Shown here piece by piece: positions 26,901 to 41,900 of a stretch of DNA of 64,000 nucleotides. The translations under genes were made by a program, and so were the position numbers. Below the pieces are notes generated by a model. The model searched no databases, had not been told where the DNA came from, and saw only the letters and a program-made list of their open reading frames with translations. Each line of letters opens with the position of its first letter. Within the stretch, counting starts at the first letter, position 1. This DNA is from Priapulus caudatus (taxonomy: Eukaryota), in the NCBI RefSeq assembly GCF_000485595.1, contig NW_014577063.1, forward strand, positions 514,247 to 578,246, read 5' to 3'.

Positions 26901-29900
26901 AGGGATTTACATATCGGTATATGTGCATACATGTCTAGAGTATTAAGTCCCATCATCAAAAATATGTGTAACAACTCTACATACGGCTGCCGCATTAAAC
27001 AATATGCACATCGGCAGGCATCTAACAGAGCAATAATTGGTAGGGAGTACGCAAACCACGGGTGTTGAGAAACCAACTCACCGCTGCACCTATCGACTCC
27101 ATCGCCACTGAATCCCTCACGGTCGCACTTGCACGTGTATCCACCCTCGGTGTTCGTGCAGGTGGCATCCATGTGGCATGCGTTCGCACCTTCTGTGCAC
27201 TCGTCGATATCTGGGAACGATAGCAAACGTTTATTTCGAGTGTTTTTATCGCTAAACGGGTTTATATGGGCTGGTATATTACTCTACTATAGAGTGGCAG
27301 AGCACACGATAGGTGCATGTACTCGCAGAAGGAAAATGGGAGATCGTGGTTTCTGTGTTACACGGTCGATCACTTAGGCCACAATTAAAAAAATCTATCC
27401 GACCCAGGCTGAAAAGTTTGGGTAGGTAGGTAGGCTTTTTATTTTTTTATTTTTTGAGGGGGGTCTTTTTACAAATTCAGCATGGTGTCTACATGCCCGG
27501 GTGTGCTTGTGTGGAGATATCTTTTATGTTGAATGTTTGTTTTGCTTGGTACATATTATAATGTATTGCCTACAGATTTATATAATGTACATGCAGTGAT
27601 ACAATTTGTAAAAAAAAAAAAGAATGGGAGAGATAAATAAAATTGTTTGAGTCGGCCCCTTTTTGGCGGGTCGGTCAGGTGAGGGCAAACAAACAATATT
27701 TTTATTATGGCCTTACCTGTACAGGTTGTGAGGTTGTATGGAGAATATCCAGGGAGACAGCCGCATTCGTACCCGCCAGGCGAGTTCCCACATGTTGCTG
27801 TTCTGCCGTCGCAGTCATGTTCCCCTTCTGCACACTCGTCCACGTCTGTTAATTAAATTATTTAGAATGTGCACATCATTAACTGTTACACCACCTCTTA
27901 TCAGTATGAAATGTAACCATGTTTAATCTATTTTCATGGATTTCATAAGAGTTACACAGATTTGACTATACATTGCAAAAAAACAACGCTGCTGGATAAA
28001 TGATCTTAGCATAGCATTTGGGTACATTGCACTCACCGTCACAAGTTTTTCCATTGCCCCGGTAGAATGGAGTGACACACTGGCAGATGTAGCTGCCAAA
28101 CGTGTTGAAACAGAACGCATTGCGATGACAGTCTCCATTGTCTCCCCTACACTCGTCAATATCTGAATTTGCAAAAAATCAACATAAGACAACAGATGAG
28201 GCACAACACGTTCACTACCATAGATATTACTTACTGCATTCAATTCATATAAATAGATACAAGATATGTGCCTAACCCTAAACTAGAAATCATTAACGTT
28301 ATTGTTAACATATAAGAGCAGTGTACTACCGCACATAACATGAATGAGTATTAACGTAGCTTTGTGCAGCACTATCGCCCGTGTTACGAGAGAAAAGATC
28401 TTCTGAGCTTCATACCATCACAGCTGGTATCGTTGTGTTGTGTGAAGCCATCCAGGCACGCACAGCGGAAGCTGCCCTCCGTGTTCTCACAGTTGCTTGT
28501 CTCGGTGTCACACTTATCCCTGCCCTCCTCACATTCGTCAATGTCTGAAATGAACACGGCAGAACTTACGCTCCCATCCGGTCTCCTTTACAGGTTTTAG
28601 AATGACACAGGCTTGCAAGGACCCTGAGCACATGAGCTTACAATTTCTACTGTACTGTTACCCCCATCGAGTTGCTACATATCATGTCATGGAGAACGAT
28701 TATTCTCTCACCGTCACACGTGTCAATGCTGTTTCCTCGATAACCTTTTCTGTTGCAGGAGCATTTGTAGCTGCCGACTGTGTTCTCGCAGCGACCGTTG
28801 GCATGGCAACGGTTCAAGTCGCTGCTGGCACACTCGTCTATATCTACAAATATATGAAACAAATGCAAACAAAGTTTGAGAAGGCCACAGCAGATGGTGT
28901 AAAATTGTACACTGGCAAAAAATATTTTGTTCAATTGCATATAATTTGATCAGTTCTGCCAATAACTGTGAAGGTAGAGGCCACATCTGTCCAGACATTC
29001 TGTGAGGAATCTCCGTACATAAAATAGAATAAAAGGCTCAACGAACAACACAGTACAGCTTACTTACCCTCACAAGTGTTGGCATTCAATTTCTGATGGC
29101 CCTCAATGCACTCGCAGCTGTAACTTCCATCCGTGTTTTCACACACAGTGCTCTCTCCATTACATGCGGCTACCCCCTCTTCACACTCGTTCAGATCTTT
29201 GAACAAACAAAAACAGAATATTTTTTACCGCTCATTTCATCAACGTGTCACATAGTACATTTAGTACATATAAGCGCGTACATATGGTTACAATTACGCT
29301 AACAAGGAGCAACATTTGTGTTCCTTTACAGCTTTTTTTCTACCTACCAGTGCAATCGTCGATTCCGTTTCCACTGTAGCCCGCTTTATCACAATTACAG
29401 GCATAACTGCCATCGCTGTTGACGCAGAGAGCATTTTCGTGGCAACTGTTGAGTCCTGAATCACACTCGTCAATGTCACTGCATGTGTCCACTCCATTAC
29501 CACCATATCCTATACACAACAGTAAAACACCCACGCACAGTCAGAAATACATTCTGCATGGCATCCTATACTGTTTGACAAAGTAGTACCTATACTAAAG
29601 ACCAGGATAACCATCTCCTTTAAGACTTGAGCTTCTTTACAAGCAGCACTTACTGTGAATCATGTCAGTTTACAGTAATAGCTACACAGTGGTATATTAA
29701 AAAAAAAACAGATTATAATATCACTATAAATTGTGTATTATAATCTGTTTTTTAAATGTTCAGTTATGATGGATCGTATTTATTTACGATTCATTCTTGT
29801 GGTAACACGAGTAATGGATCATAGCATCTGTGTACTGTACCCTCTACATTGCACCGGCACATAAAGCTTCCAACAGTGTTCACACATTCAGCAACATCCA

Positions 29901-32900
29901 TGCAATCGTCTCTTCCCAACGCACATTCATCCTGGTCTGCAACAAACAACAAATTACATTTATTTCTTGCTCTTCATTCATTTCTTATTTCTTATGAGCT
30001 AAAAGCTGTAAAGTAATGCTAATAAATGCGTGTGATCACTCGACATCTATTCTCACTCAGGAAAGCTACAGAAAGAACCACTTTACAGTGTAGGGATGCT
30101 TCTGATTGGTAAATACAACGTGCTTAAGATTCAGCATTACAGTAACACAGCTTGTAAAATATCATCAACATAACCATCTTCTTTCAGAATTGAGCTTCCC
30201 AGCAGCACTTATTATATTACTGAATCATGCCAGTTTACAGTAATGGGAGTGCTTGTTGAGGCAAAGTTTAAACTCGATGAGCTTAGCCTTATACATGTCG
30301 CCAGGAGCGTATAATGACAAATTTTTTGTCATTATACGCTCCTGATGTCGCTCGTCTTACTCACCTTTGCACAGCCGGCTGTTTATGCGGGTGTGACCCC
30401 AGGTGCAGGAGCATCGGTAGCTGCCATCTCTGTTCTGACACACAGTCGTATCATCATCACACCTGTCCAGCTCAAGTTCACACTCATCAATATCTGCAAG
30501 CAGAGATGCCTAGCATTAGACGAGGAAATCACTACATGATATAAACTGGTCACACGTACTTCGCTGCAAAAAAAAAGGAATTGAGTGAGTGCACAGCTTT
30601 GGTTAAGACACATAGATACACTTCTATGGAAACTTGTGCATGTGTGTGAGCCATATTGTGTTTACAAACTTACCGCTGCATGTAGCTTTTCCATCCCCTA
30701 CATAGCCTCGCTTATCGCATTCACAAAAGAAACCACCACGAATGTTTACACATGCGGCATCTCTGTGGCAGCCACCATTTTTCACGGCGCATTCGTTACG
30801 GTCTGAAAGCACATAAAGGGAATAAAATAAGATCCCACAGGTTAGAGAGACACAATGTATATAACATAAGTTATAATATATTATAATAATATAATAACTT
30901 ATTATAAATATAAGTTCTTATCTCGAGTCTATCTTGTTTTCATACTAGTGTCTTGTAAATATTCATGTTGTTATAAACAGTGATTCTATACTTAATTTAC
31001 TTTTATTTCTTGTAGCAATACAAGCAGTATATGTAAGACATATAGGTATATATAAGTAAGGTAAATATAATTATATATATCGATCCCTAGATACATTTGT
31101 TATCTCATAGTGACTGTATTAAAAGTATTATTTGTTAATTGCTTTTCTACGTAAGTTGTGCCATGTTTGCCAATATGAATTCAAGTGTGTGTGCGTGAAT
31201 ATGGGTATGCATAATTTATATGTACGTAAGCATTTTGCAAATAACAACGAATCATCTACACTTTATCGTGACAAAACCCACCAAGGCATGCTCTATTGTC
31301 TAGACGATCATGGCCGTCCAAGCATGAGCACACGTAACTTCCATCTCTGTTCTCGCAGTTAGTCGATTCGAGATCACAGAGATGTGTTTCTGCGATGCAC
31401 TCGTTGATGTCTGTATGAAGCCATTTTACAAACGTGATTAGTTACAGGCATACAACATATAAAAGTAACCTAGCGTGAGTGCCAATGTATAAGTATATAT
31501 ACCACCACATACTAATTTCATCTTCATTAATCAGTGCTTTACCTGTGTTATATTCTCACTAATAAGACAATGTCGCTATCTAATACTCATATTTTAAAAC
31601 AAACAATCAAAATATTACTTTCAATGTATACAGAAGTAAATCACTACGTGTGATATATCCTATACTATACTATACAAACCTTGTCTATACAATCCTATCC
31701 TAATGATATATAGACGGTTTAATATATGCCATCAACTAAGTGCTAGAGATAAAACTGGACAGGTCCTTGCCATGTGCGTAATAGTACACACCTGCGATGA
31801 TTATATCCACATCATAGCGACTTTTAATGCGTAATAGCTTATGCGATCAATTAAAACATTACTGCTCGGGTGAACAAAATCTAATGTAAAAATGTGTGCA
31901 CGTATTCACACTGCACGAGAAAAACAAAGGAAGTGTAAAGGCCCTCGCACACGATGTGCATTCGGTGCGCGCCAACGCCGCTGAGCTAAACGCGTGCGCC
32001 ATCTGCGCACGTAAACCAGCCCGCACACGGTGCGCATTCGGTGCGCGCCAACGCCGCTGAGCTAAACGCGTGCGCCATCTGCGCACGTAAACCAGCCCAC
32101 ACACGGTGCGCATTCGGCGCGCGCCAACAGCGCTGAGCCAGAAAAATCAAACATGATAGATATTGCGCAGCGCCGAATGCGCACCATGTGCGGGGGCCTT
32201 AAGTGACAGGTCTGGACCTAGCCTAGAACATAGCCCCGCCACTCACCACTGCAGTCTGCCACGCCGTCTCCACCGTAGCCAGGGCGATCGCACTCGCAAC
32301 TGTAGCTGCCCACTGTGTTGCGACACTCGGCAACCTCATGGCAAGTATGAGTTCCGTCCGCACACTCGTCCTCATCTGCAGATGGCAGGGATTTAATGCT
32401 GACGTAGAATATACTAGTTTATAAAGGGTTCTCCCCGGGAATTTCAGAAGGCAATGTCGTTTGTGGACGGATAGGGAACGGACTGGGAGGGAGTTAATTG
32501 CAGCAACTGGAGTCAATTACGCATGATAAAAGCAGCCTATTCTTTTTTCACAAATGTGTATAGTCACTATTATTATGCATTACTGAAGATTTGCCTACAA
32601 CATACCATACAGAACATCACCGCATGTGGTCACAACTTTGCATACCATATGTGGCTCATTCCTATATTTACAATATATTGCAGCTAAATGATACGCTCTT
32701 CAGTTTTACGTTTCATCCCTAAAGAATGTTAGAGAATAGTGTGTACTTATGCAGTGCGTTCTGTTCCCATTGCTGAATCCACTCTTGCATCTGCAGTCGT
32801 ATGAGCCATCAGTGTTCCTGCACCTAGTACTAGTGGAATCGCACATGTCTGTACCTATCTCACATTCATCAATATCTGGAAAAAAAGCAATGGAACATCT

Positions 32901-35900
32901 TCTTAATAAAACACCAGAGCTTTTATCAAGTAAATGCTGAATCGAGGAAACGCAACCGGAGAATAATGTACGTATGTAAGAATAATGAAGTGTTAAATTA
33001 CAAACATCTACTAGTGAAATTCCGTACCAAGACAACTTCTACTGTCCACACGTTTGTATCCAGACAGACACCTGCAAACATAACTGCCCTCTGTGTTAAC
33101 ACAACGAGATGTAGTTGTCTCACAATCATGATCATCTTCCTCCTCACACTCATTGAAATCTAGAATAGCAAAGCAAAATTCAAATTACATTACAATCATC
33201 TGCTTATGTATGGCCAGATTCAGAAAAACAGAATATTAAGTAACAAGAATAAACTGAGTACTACAAGCGTGAAAGACAATGGTCTTACTTATAGTAAACC
33301 TTACCAAGAATAGCATAACGCAGACAGGACATTTTCTCACTCAAGACAAGTTCATCAAATGAGTTACATCCACCTACCTTCACAAGTTGTATCATTGTAA
33401 ACCTTGAATCCAAGTTTGCAGATGCAACCGAAGCTGCCATCAAAGTTCTCACACTCTGCACTTGCTAGGTGGCAATCATGTGTATCAGCAGAGCACTCAT
33501 TTATATCTGAGAAAATAATTAAGCTATAGACAACAAACTAAAGTTTGTATACAATATATATGCATATGCACCAAAGTATCTATGTAAAACGTACTCTGCG
33601 ACCCAACATCCACACCTCAACTACTGTTAATTTAAAATTTTAGAAGATATAAACATGTCTATATCAATGAAAATATGCAACGCGAAACAAAATTGTAACT
33701 GATCATGCAACATTCCATACCACTACATTCTTCTATGCCATCCCCTGTATAGCCCTGCTGTTCACAGAGACATCTGTAGGCACCAAAGGTGTTCTCACAG
33801 GTCGCAAACTCATGACAGAAGTCTAGAAGGTCAGCACACTCATCTACATCTGCGATATAACAACAGAGATTTTAATATTTACGCATAATTACTGCACACT
33901 AGGAGGTACACCCACAGATGTAACATGGCAAATGCTACAGCAGTGCAGATTAAAAGTCAAAACTCCATGCAGACAGCAACATCAACAAGTTACAAGCAAC
34001 AGTCCAGACTAGCTAAAATAATTTTATGATTTAACAGACAAGATATATATCGTAAGTATAATATTATTGAATTGTACCATCAACAGACATTTAAAGTCTA
34101 GAGTTACACAACTGGCAGCATATTAAACATATTGAGTATTCATCTTACCCATGCAAGATCTGTCATTCTGTCTTCCAAGTCCAGCCTTACACAGACAGGC
34201 GAAGCTACCATCGCGGTTGGCACACACTGTTGTCTCTTCATCACAATCATCAGTTTTCTCCTTACACTCGTCCACATCTACAACATGCGCAACGTTGAGA
34301 AATCAGTAATCGTTTAAACAGCACGTTTCATCTGCACACAAAAAGAAGTGCTGCTGTGCATTCTAGCATTCTGAACACATCAACGAAAAATAGTGCTTGT
34401 GATTCATTACTGAAAGAAAAAGAAACTGCTACGTACATCATTAAAAACATTTCCTCAGAACCGCAGAAAATTGTGCAAAAAAATAGTTCGAAGCCATCAA
34501 AAATATAAACATCACGGAATACAGTTCGACTTTGATGCAAAACTCTACACAATGCTCTTTGCCCGGCAATCGGCACCGTCACATATGAAATCAGATTAAT
34601 GCTCACCATCACAGGTAGCCATTCCATCGCCCCTATAGCCTAGATGATTGCAGGAGCACTTGTAACTACCAAACGTGTTTGTGCACTCGCCATCTGGGTG
34701 GCACTTGTTGGAACCTTGCACGCACTCATTGATGTCTGTGAACACACGACAGTACAATGGCAAAGCCGCAAATAAAAAGATCTGCATGGATTAATGGTGC
34801 TATTATATCAGTGGCATCTAAAAACTGAAATCCTACACCGATTTATCGTTTTTTTAAGATTTCAGGTATCAAAGCCCCATTTAACTTAAATATTATATAT
34901 GATTTCAGAAACCAGCATGATCCATGTTGCAGGGCAAAATAGAAACACATAGTCAGTGACTTTTATCCCTGCTTGGAAATTTAACTGGCGTTGAATTGAA
35001 AGCCATTCCTAACAGATACTTTGCTTGAAGACGTAACAAGTTTAATTATTCATCAATAACGACTGATGACATATTCCTAGCTCTGGCGACATTGATGGAT
35101 TCGCGGCCAGGTTATAGAAAACAAGATTTTTTAAGGCCAACCAGGTGGAAACTATAGTGTTGTGGGCTCTTGCCTCTGGACACTCAACTAAACAAGTCTC
35201 TTTCTGCTCATCACACCAGCTCTAAGATCCGGATGTTTATTATTACCGTTGTATAGACCATATAAGTGTTGTATAGACCATACTGTGATAAAGTGTGCTT
35301 ATATAAAAGATTGCAGTAAGTAAACCACAACACATTGACTACACTACAGAAACCTGAACTCACCTGCACATGCGGTGGCCGTGTCATTACTGAAGCCACG
35401 TAAACATTCACACCTGTACGCTCCCACCGTGTTAACGCATCGCGTTGATGATTCGTTGCAGTCGTCCGTGTTCTCCTTACATTCATTATTATCTGAAAAC
35501 AACAACAAAGCGACGTCCATCATGATCACGTCTCAAAACTCTCGACTTACAATTCCTCGCGACAGTGGCAGTCTGTTATCTTGTAAGATTGCACGAAAAA
35601 CATAGTAATCAAAGAATAAACTAGACAGTCCATAACACCCGATACTTAGAACGAAAACGATTGTAAAACAAGCGAACATGAATGGAGAAAGAAGCAAACT
35701 CACCTTTGCAGTATGTGTCGTTCACCTTACTATGCCCTTTACGGCAGCGACAGTCGTAGCTACCATCCACGTTACGGCACAAGGTCGTATCATCGTCACA
35801 CTTGTCCAGACCCAGGGTGCACTCATTGACGTCTGCTCGAACGGCGAAAACATCAGCAAAATCACAACCATATAGCATTTAATCTAGTAGCCGTGTAACC

Positions 35901-38900
35901 TTATGCGTGTGTTCATGCCATCTCTGCGTGGTGGTTTATCTTAGTCTTTCCCTCTCTCCCCCTCACCTTCTCTTTTTGAGAACTATAAGCTTTTGCCCAG
36001 CAGACAATAATGCTGTGTGCCATAACTGTTTAGCACATATTGCTCTAAGTCCATCAAATATAGCATGTTCGCTGTTAGTTGCTCATTTATACCTGCAAGA
36101 TGTGCTTTTCACACATATATATCTTACATAAGCTTGAAATTCATGCCAAACAAGCCAGTCACACACTATAACAGGCAGATATTGAGTTTGTAACACTAAA
36201 ACCGACCACACAACCAGGGACACAATCACAGATGGCACCATTAATTACTACCCATTCCATGGCTTCAAACAATCACTCCGAATTGTGCGGCACTCTGCAC
36301 TCACCGCTGCAAGCCTCCACGCCGTTACCAACATATCCTGCTTTCTCACAGTCGCAGGTGAAACTACCCTCTTCGTTTCGACACTTAGCTTCTTTATGGC
36401 AGTTATGCTTGTTCTCCTCGCACTCATTGTAATCTGAAAACAGGACATTATACAAAATTATGCGATTTACAGATGTCCATGACAACATGTTTTTTTTAAT
36501 TTAAAACATAATTTAAAACATCAAGCATCAAATTTCGTGAAATGTCTTCCAAAATGAGTTTGGTTTTTTTACACAAATTTTGTATAAGCACCATTCACGT
36601 GATGAAATACGTTCAGGAATATTTAAGACATGTTATCCTCACAGAGCATTTTAATATTATGGCGCGTATATTAGCTGCATTCACACTCCGTATTTATGAA
36701 ATACGGTATTAGCGAGATACCGAATCTGAGACAAATTCGCGACCGAGCGTTCACACGCTGATTCGCGGCTCCAGAAATGCCGTATTTGCGAGCTGCGAGC
36801 TGCTTTAATACACTGAAAAAAAACAATGCGTCCAAGCAAACAATCAAGCAAACAATGCGAAATAAACAATGCAATGCGCACCAACTGCCGATAAAATACG
36901 TAGACTGGTCCGCGCTCGACAGTTCCACTCGCGTTACACTAAAACTGTCAAGCGCGGACCAGTCTATAAAATACGCGGCTTCAGAAATTCGATATTTAGC
37001 GTTCACACGAGAGAAATGCGCGGTCCAAAAGATTCGGAATTTCTCAAGCACGGCAAATAATTCGGCATCTGGGAAGCCGCGTATTTCAACAAATACCGAA
37101 TCTATTTAGATTCCGTATTTCTTGGACCGCGCATTTTGCCTCGTGAACACTAAATACTAAATTTCTTGCTACGTGTGAACGTGGCTATAATTGGCAAACC
37201 TTATGGAGAAATTTGTTCTACCTTTACAATGGGTTCTATTCACTCGATCAAATCCTGGCAGGCAAGGGCAATCGTATGAACCCTGTGTATTAGAGCAGCT
37301 TGTTGAGATAGCGTCACACAGATCCACATTTGCACTGCACTCGTTAAAATCTGCAATAGCAATGGTAAGATGTCATACTATAGTTATAACCACAACCGGC
37401 ATTACACCAAATACACAAAACTACCACCATGTTCCACATATACTACCGTTATACACTGCCCAAAAAATGACAAATACCCTTTTCTCTTGTGAATATTGCT
37501 ACTTAAGAAAACCAGATCAAGAACTAACAAGGTATTATATTAAATTCTCTTCGAACATATATTAAAGGAATATGATTTAAGTTTCAACAGAAACATTCAT
37601 CACTAAACATTGCTCAACTACTGAAATATTTTGGCAAACCTACCTCTGCAAGCCTTTTCATCAACTCTTGTGAATCCGCCCAGGCACGGGCACCTGTAGC
37701 TTCCAACCTCGTTCTTACATTCACTAGTCCTTAGGTCGCAGTGTTCTCCGTCAAGTTCGCACTCATTCGTATCTGTACAGAATTAATAGACGTTACACAT
37801 AACAGATAACATAACTCTCGTGACATTCCAGCCTTGTGACATTCCCACCTAACACATTGTTTGCAAGTAATTTTTTTCCTAATATCTATCCCACACTCCA
37901 CATTGCTCAGATGTCATTTTGTGCTTACAAACTCCCAGTGTTATTCCCTTTTAACATTTAATGGTTCCACCCCTTAACATTATTTACACATTGGTAATAT
38001 TTGCCACAGACTGCTTTTGTTCACATGCTACACTGTTATTACAGTTAAACTAATATATAAGTGACAGTAGAAATTATTAGACCAGTTGACGGATGACGAG
38101 TTATCAACACATTCGATTTTATACAGGTACTTGGCTTCACCTATCATTTACTAAGTTATTAGCCAGTTATGGTGAAATAGACACAACTCACCATCACAGA
38201 GAACAATTCCGTCTCCAGCAAAACCAGCCGAACAACCACAAAGGAAACTTCCCTCTATGTTAGTGCATTCTGCATCTTTGTTGCAATTATCCAACTTCAG
38301 TTCACATTCATCAAAGTCTGAAACAGGCAACTTACGTGTTCATCTATAAATAAAACTTTATAGAGCACTATACAATAGTTTTCACATGTGCCTGCTATTA
38401 GCATTTTTTCCCAATTGGTGATTTTCATCATTTTAATTTTATACACAAATATGTGGATTTTCTTCTTTCTTCATGGTAATTTAAAAAAATAATAAGATAA
38501 TTAAAAAATCATCCAACATAACACAACTACTATAATAAAAACAAGAGGGTTGGCTATCACAGATTAAGCTTATAATGAATATAACATCATGAACATAAAC
38601 TTGCATCTAGCAATTGCCAATTACAGTGTAAAAGCACTAACAGCAAATGCACTCACCACTGCATGTGGAGATGTCTAATCGCTCCATGCCTTCGATACAC
38701 TCACAAGTAAAGGAGCCTTCGCTGTTCACACAGCGTGTACTGTGACTGTCACATCTCTGGCGTGCAGCCATATCACACTCATTTACATCTGTAATGGATC
38801 CAGCAGATCAATTTACATACCGAGTATACCTGTTTCTGCTCTATGGTACTATTATCCATTACAGCAAATATCCACTAGACAAAGAAAGGAATCACTCTCT

Positions 38901-41900
38901 TCCAAATACGCTGTCTATCACAGACCTAGGGAGTGGTGAACCCTCACAGTCACATAAAATCCGCAATAGTGTCAACATATTTATGGTTGCTACAGAGCAT
39001 ACGTGAGATGGTCAGTCTCTTAACGAAAGGAAAGTTGTCCCACGTACAAATCAATGAGAAATCAAAAAAATAAACCGAGAAATTTCTATACATTCTGTGC
39101 ATTCTAGTTGTAGGCATTGATGGGTACTATTTTATTGAACAGTAGTTTGCACCACTATCATTGTACATGCATAATGAATCATGATCACAACTCAATTAAT
39201 TTCTTCAGCCGAATATTTACACAAATTGCCAAAAAATATTGTACAGCTTCTTATAAACCCAGACTGGTATAACTACTAATTGCAAATACCTAGATAACAA
39301 GTTGAGTAAATGCTTGTCACTTCAACTTACGTGGAAAATGCAAAATCAAACCGCTGAATTAATTAAATAGACTAGGAAATATAATTATGCGACATCAGAC
39401 TTAAATGAGACATGCGATATTCCTCCAGTAACAAACCAGCGTAGATGACGTGGATCAGAAGACGACTGGCCAGCATGTTTTACATACCTGGACAGCACGT
39501 TTTACATACCTGGACAGCACGTTTGACATACCTGGACAGCACGTTTTACATACCTGGACAGCACGTTTTCCATACCTGGACAGCACGTTTGACATACCTG
39601 GACAGCACGTTTGACATACCTGGACAGCACGTTTGACATACCTGGACAGCACGTTTGGCATACCTGGACAGCACGTTTGACATACCTGGACAGCACATTT
39701 TTACATACCTGGACAGCACGTTTTACATAGCTGGACAGCATGTTTGACATACCTGACAGCACATTTTTACATACTTGGCCAGCACTTTTTACATACCTGG
39801 ACAGCACGTTTGACATACCTGGACAGCACGTTTGACATACCTGGACAGCATGTGTTATATACCTGGACAGCACGTTTGACATACCTGGACAGCACGCTTT
39901 ACATAGCTTGCAAGCACGTTTTACATACATGGACAGCATGTTTGACATACCTGGACAGTGAGTGCGGTTGAGGCGTCGGTGACCCTCGTTACAGGCACAC
40001 TTGAAGCTGCCGTCCATGTTTTCACAAGTAGTCGTATCCGGGTCACACACGTGCTCGCCTAGCTCACACTCGTCCACGTCTGGGGTCAGTGCAAGCGATA
40101 TTTAACAAACAGTGAAGACGTTCATAAAGGATTTACTAAGGATAGGCAGGGCGAGAGTGTCATGAACCAGGATGTGTGAGGGATTTAGCATACGACTGAA
40201 AAATTGCTGCTATTGTTAGAATGAACACAAAAGAGATATGGAAGGAGGAAAGAGGTTAGAGACTGAAGCATGAGCGAGTGAAAAATAAAACGCTATAGGA
40301 AAATGCCGAGCAAGACAATCTGCAGAAGCAAGATGCACGAAGAGCAAGAGTGATACAACTACTCATATATCATTGAAATATATTAGCTGCAATTATGCTA
40401 CGCTTGCCCAAGCATTGTCTTAACAACCAATTCTCTTATGCGCAAAGCTTTAATCGCAAAAGCAACCCACCAGAGCAGTGAACACCGTCTCCAGTCCAGT
40501 ATGGCCTAATGCACGTGCATAGGAAGCTACCCATGATGTTCAGGCAGTGACCTTTCTGTGGGTCACAGTTGTCCAATCCAACATTACACTCATCAATATC
40601 TAAAGGGAGGAATGAAAAACTTTGAAGATTTTCGTGCTAACTTCGCATATCTAACATGTCTAAACAGACAGTTTAAAAAAAGAATATATTCAGTCTAAAA
40701 TTTAGGTATTGCCCGTATACAGATAGATCTGGGCTATCAAATGCAAACCTTTACAAGTGGATGGATCAACTCGGTTAAATCCTGGTTGGCAGTCGCAGCT
40801 GTAACTCCCATCAGAGTTCCGACAGATTGTAGAATACATGTCACAGCTTGCAAGGCCAGTTGAACACTCATCCATGTCTGCCAATAGTATAAAAAAAACT
40901 GCTTCACTATAGGGGAAGATATGCATGTATTTGTAAAGGCTGATTGTAAGTGTGCGTGTGCATTCATGCGTACAATTGCTATTTTTGCAGGGGTCTCACT
41001 TAAGATTCCTTTATGAAGTTTTTTAGTATTTTTAAACATTTTTTCGATATCAACAATATCAATATTGACGATATCAACGATATCAATCTTTTCCATATAA
41101 TTTTCGTCATAATAGTTCTCCAATCCTCCTTAAAAACTTCCTAATCGATACACCATAAATGTTATTTTAATCAAGGTCATCATTCTAATGAACATCATCA
41201 CACTGATCACAGTGATCACAATCATACTCACCACTACACATGTACTCCCCATCACCCTCGAAGCCTTTCTTGTTACAGTGGCATTCAAAGCTTCCCACCA
41301 AATTCTCGCACTCGGCCTCAGGTTGACAGTACGACATACCCACTGCACACTCATTCGAATCTAAAAGTTTAGACATGCAATAGATTAGATTCAATATTAG
41401 ATATCACCTATCAATATGTGATAAATTTCCACATGTATGAAAAATAAGGGCCTAAGCCATGTAAGCTGTTAATATTCAGTCTAAGTCCGATGAGCTGTCC
41501 ATAAATTATCTGCTCCATTTCACCAAATCTAAGTCTCAAACGAACAACATGAACAACTGTAATATTCCCGTGTTGAATTTAAAAAGTTGTGAATTTACCT
41601 CTACATTGTGTGTCATCGTTAGGATCGGATTTGTATCCAACATTACACGCGCACAAGAAGCTGCCATCCGTGTTCTCACAGGTAGAGGTCTCGACATCAC
41701 AAACGTGTTCATTCTTGCATTCATTAACATCTGCAACGACGAGATATAACAGCTATAACAGATATCAAAGTGCAAACGGGGCAGTACACCATCAGACACC
41801 AGACACATTATTCCTGACATAACCAAACTACAATATTCTAGCAACGTTGTGGAAACGTTATGTGTCAGCTGGGCACCTATTGTTAGCGCAATTAATTTAG

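Noticed and set aside
39445..39971. CRISPR-like array or Cys-rich metallothionein-like ORFs
   Set aside because: Head-to-tail minisatellite with no unique spacers, inside a eukaryotic intron; the ORFs are repeat translations
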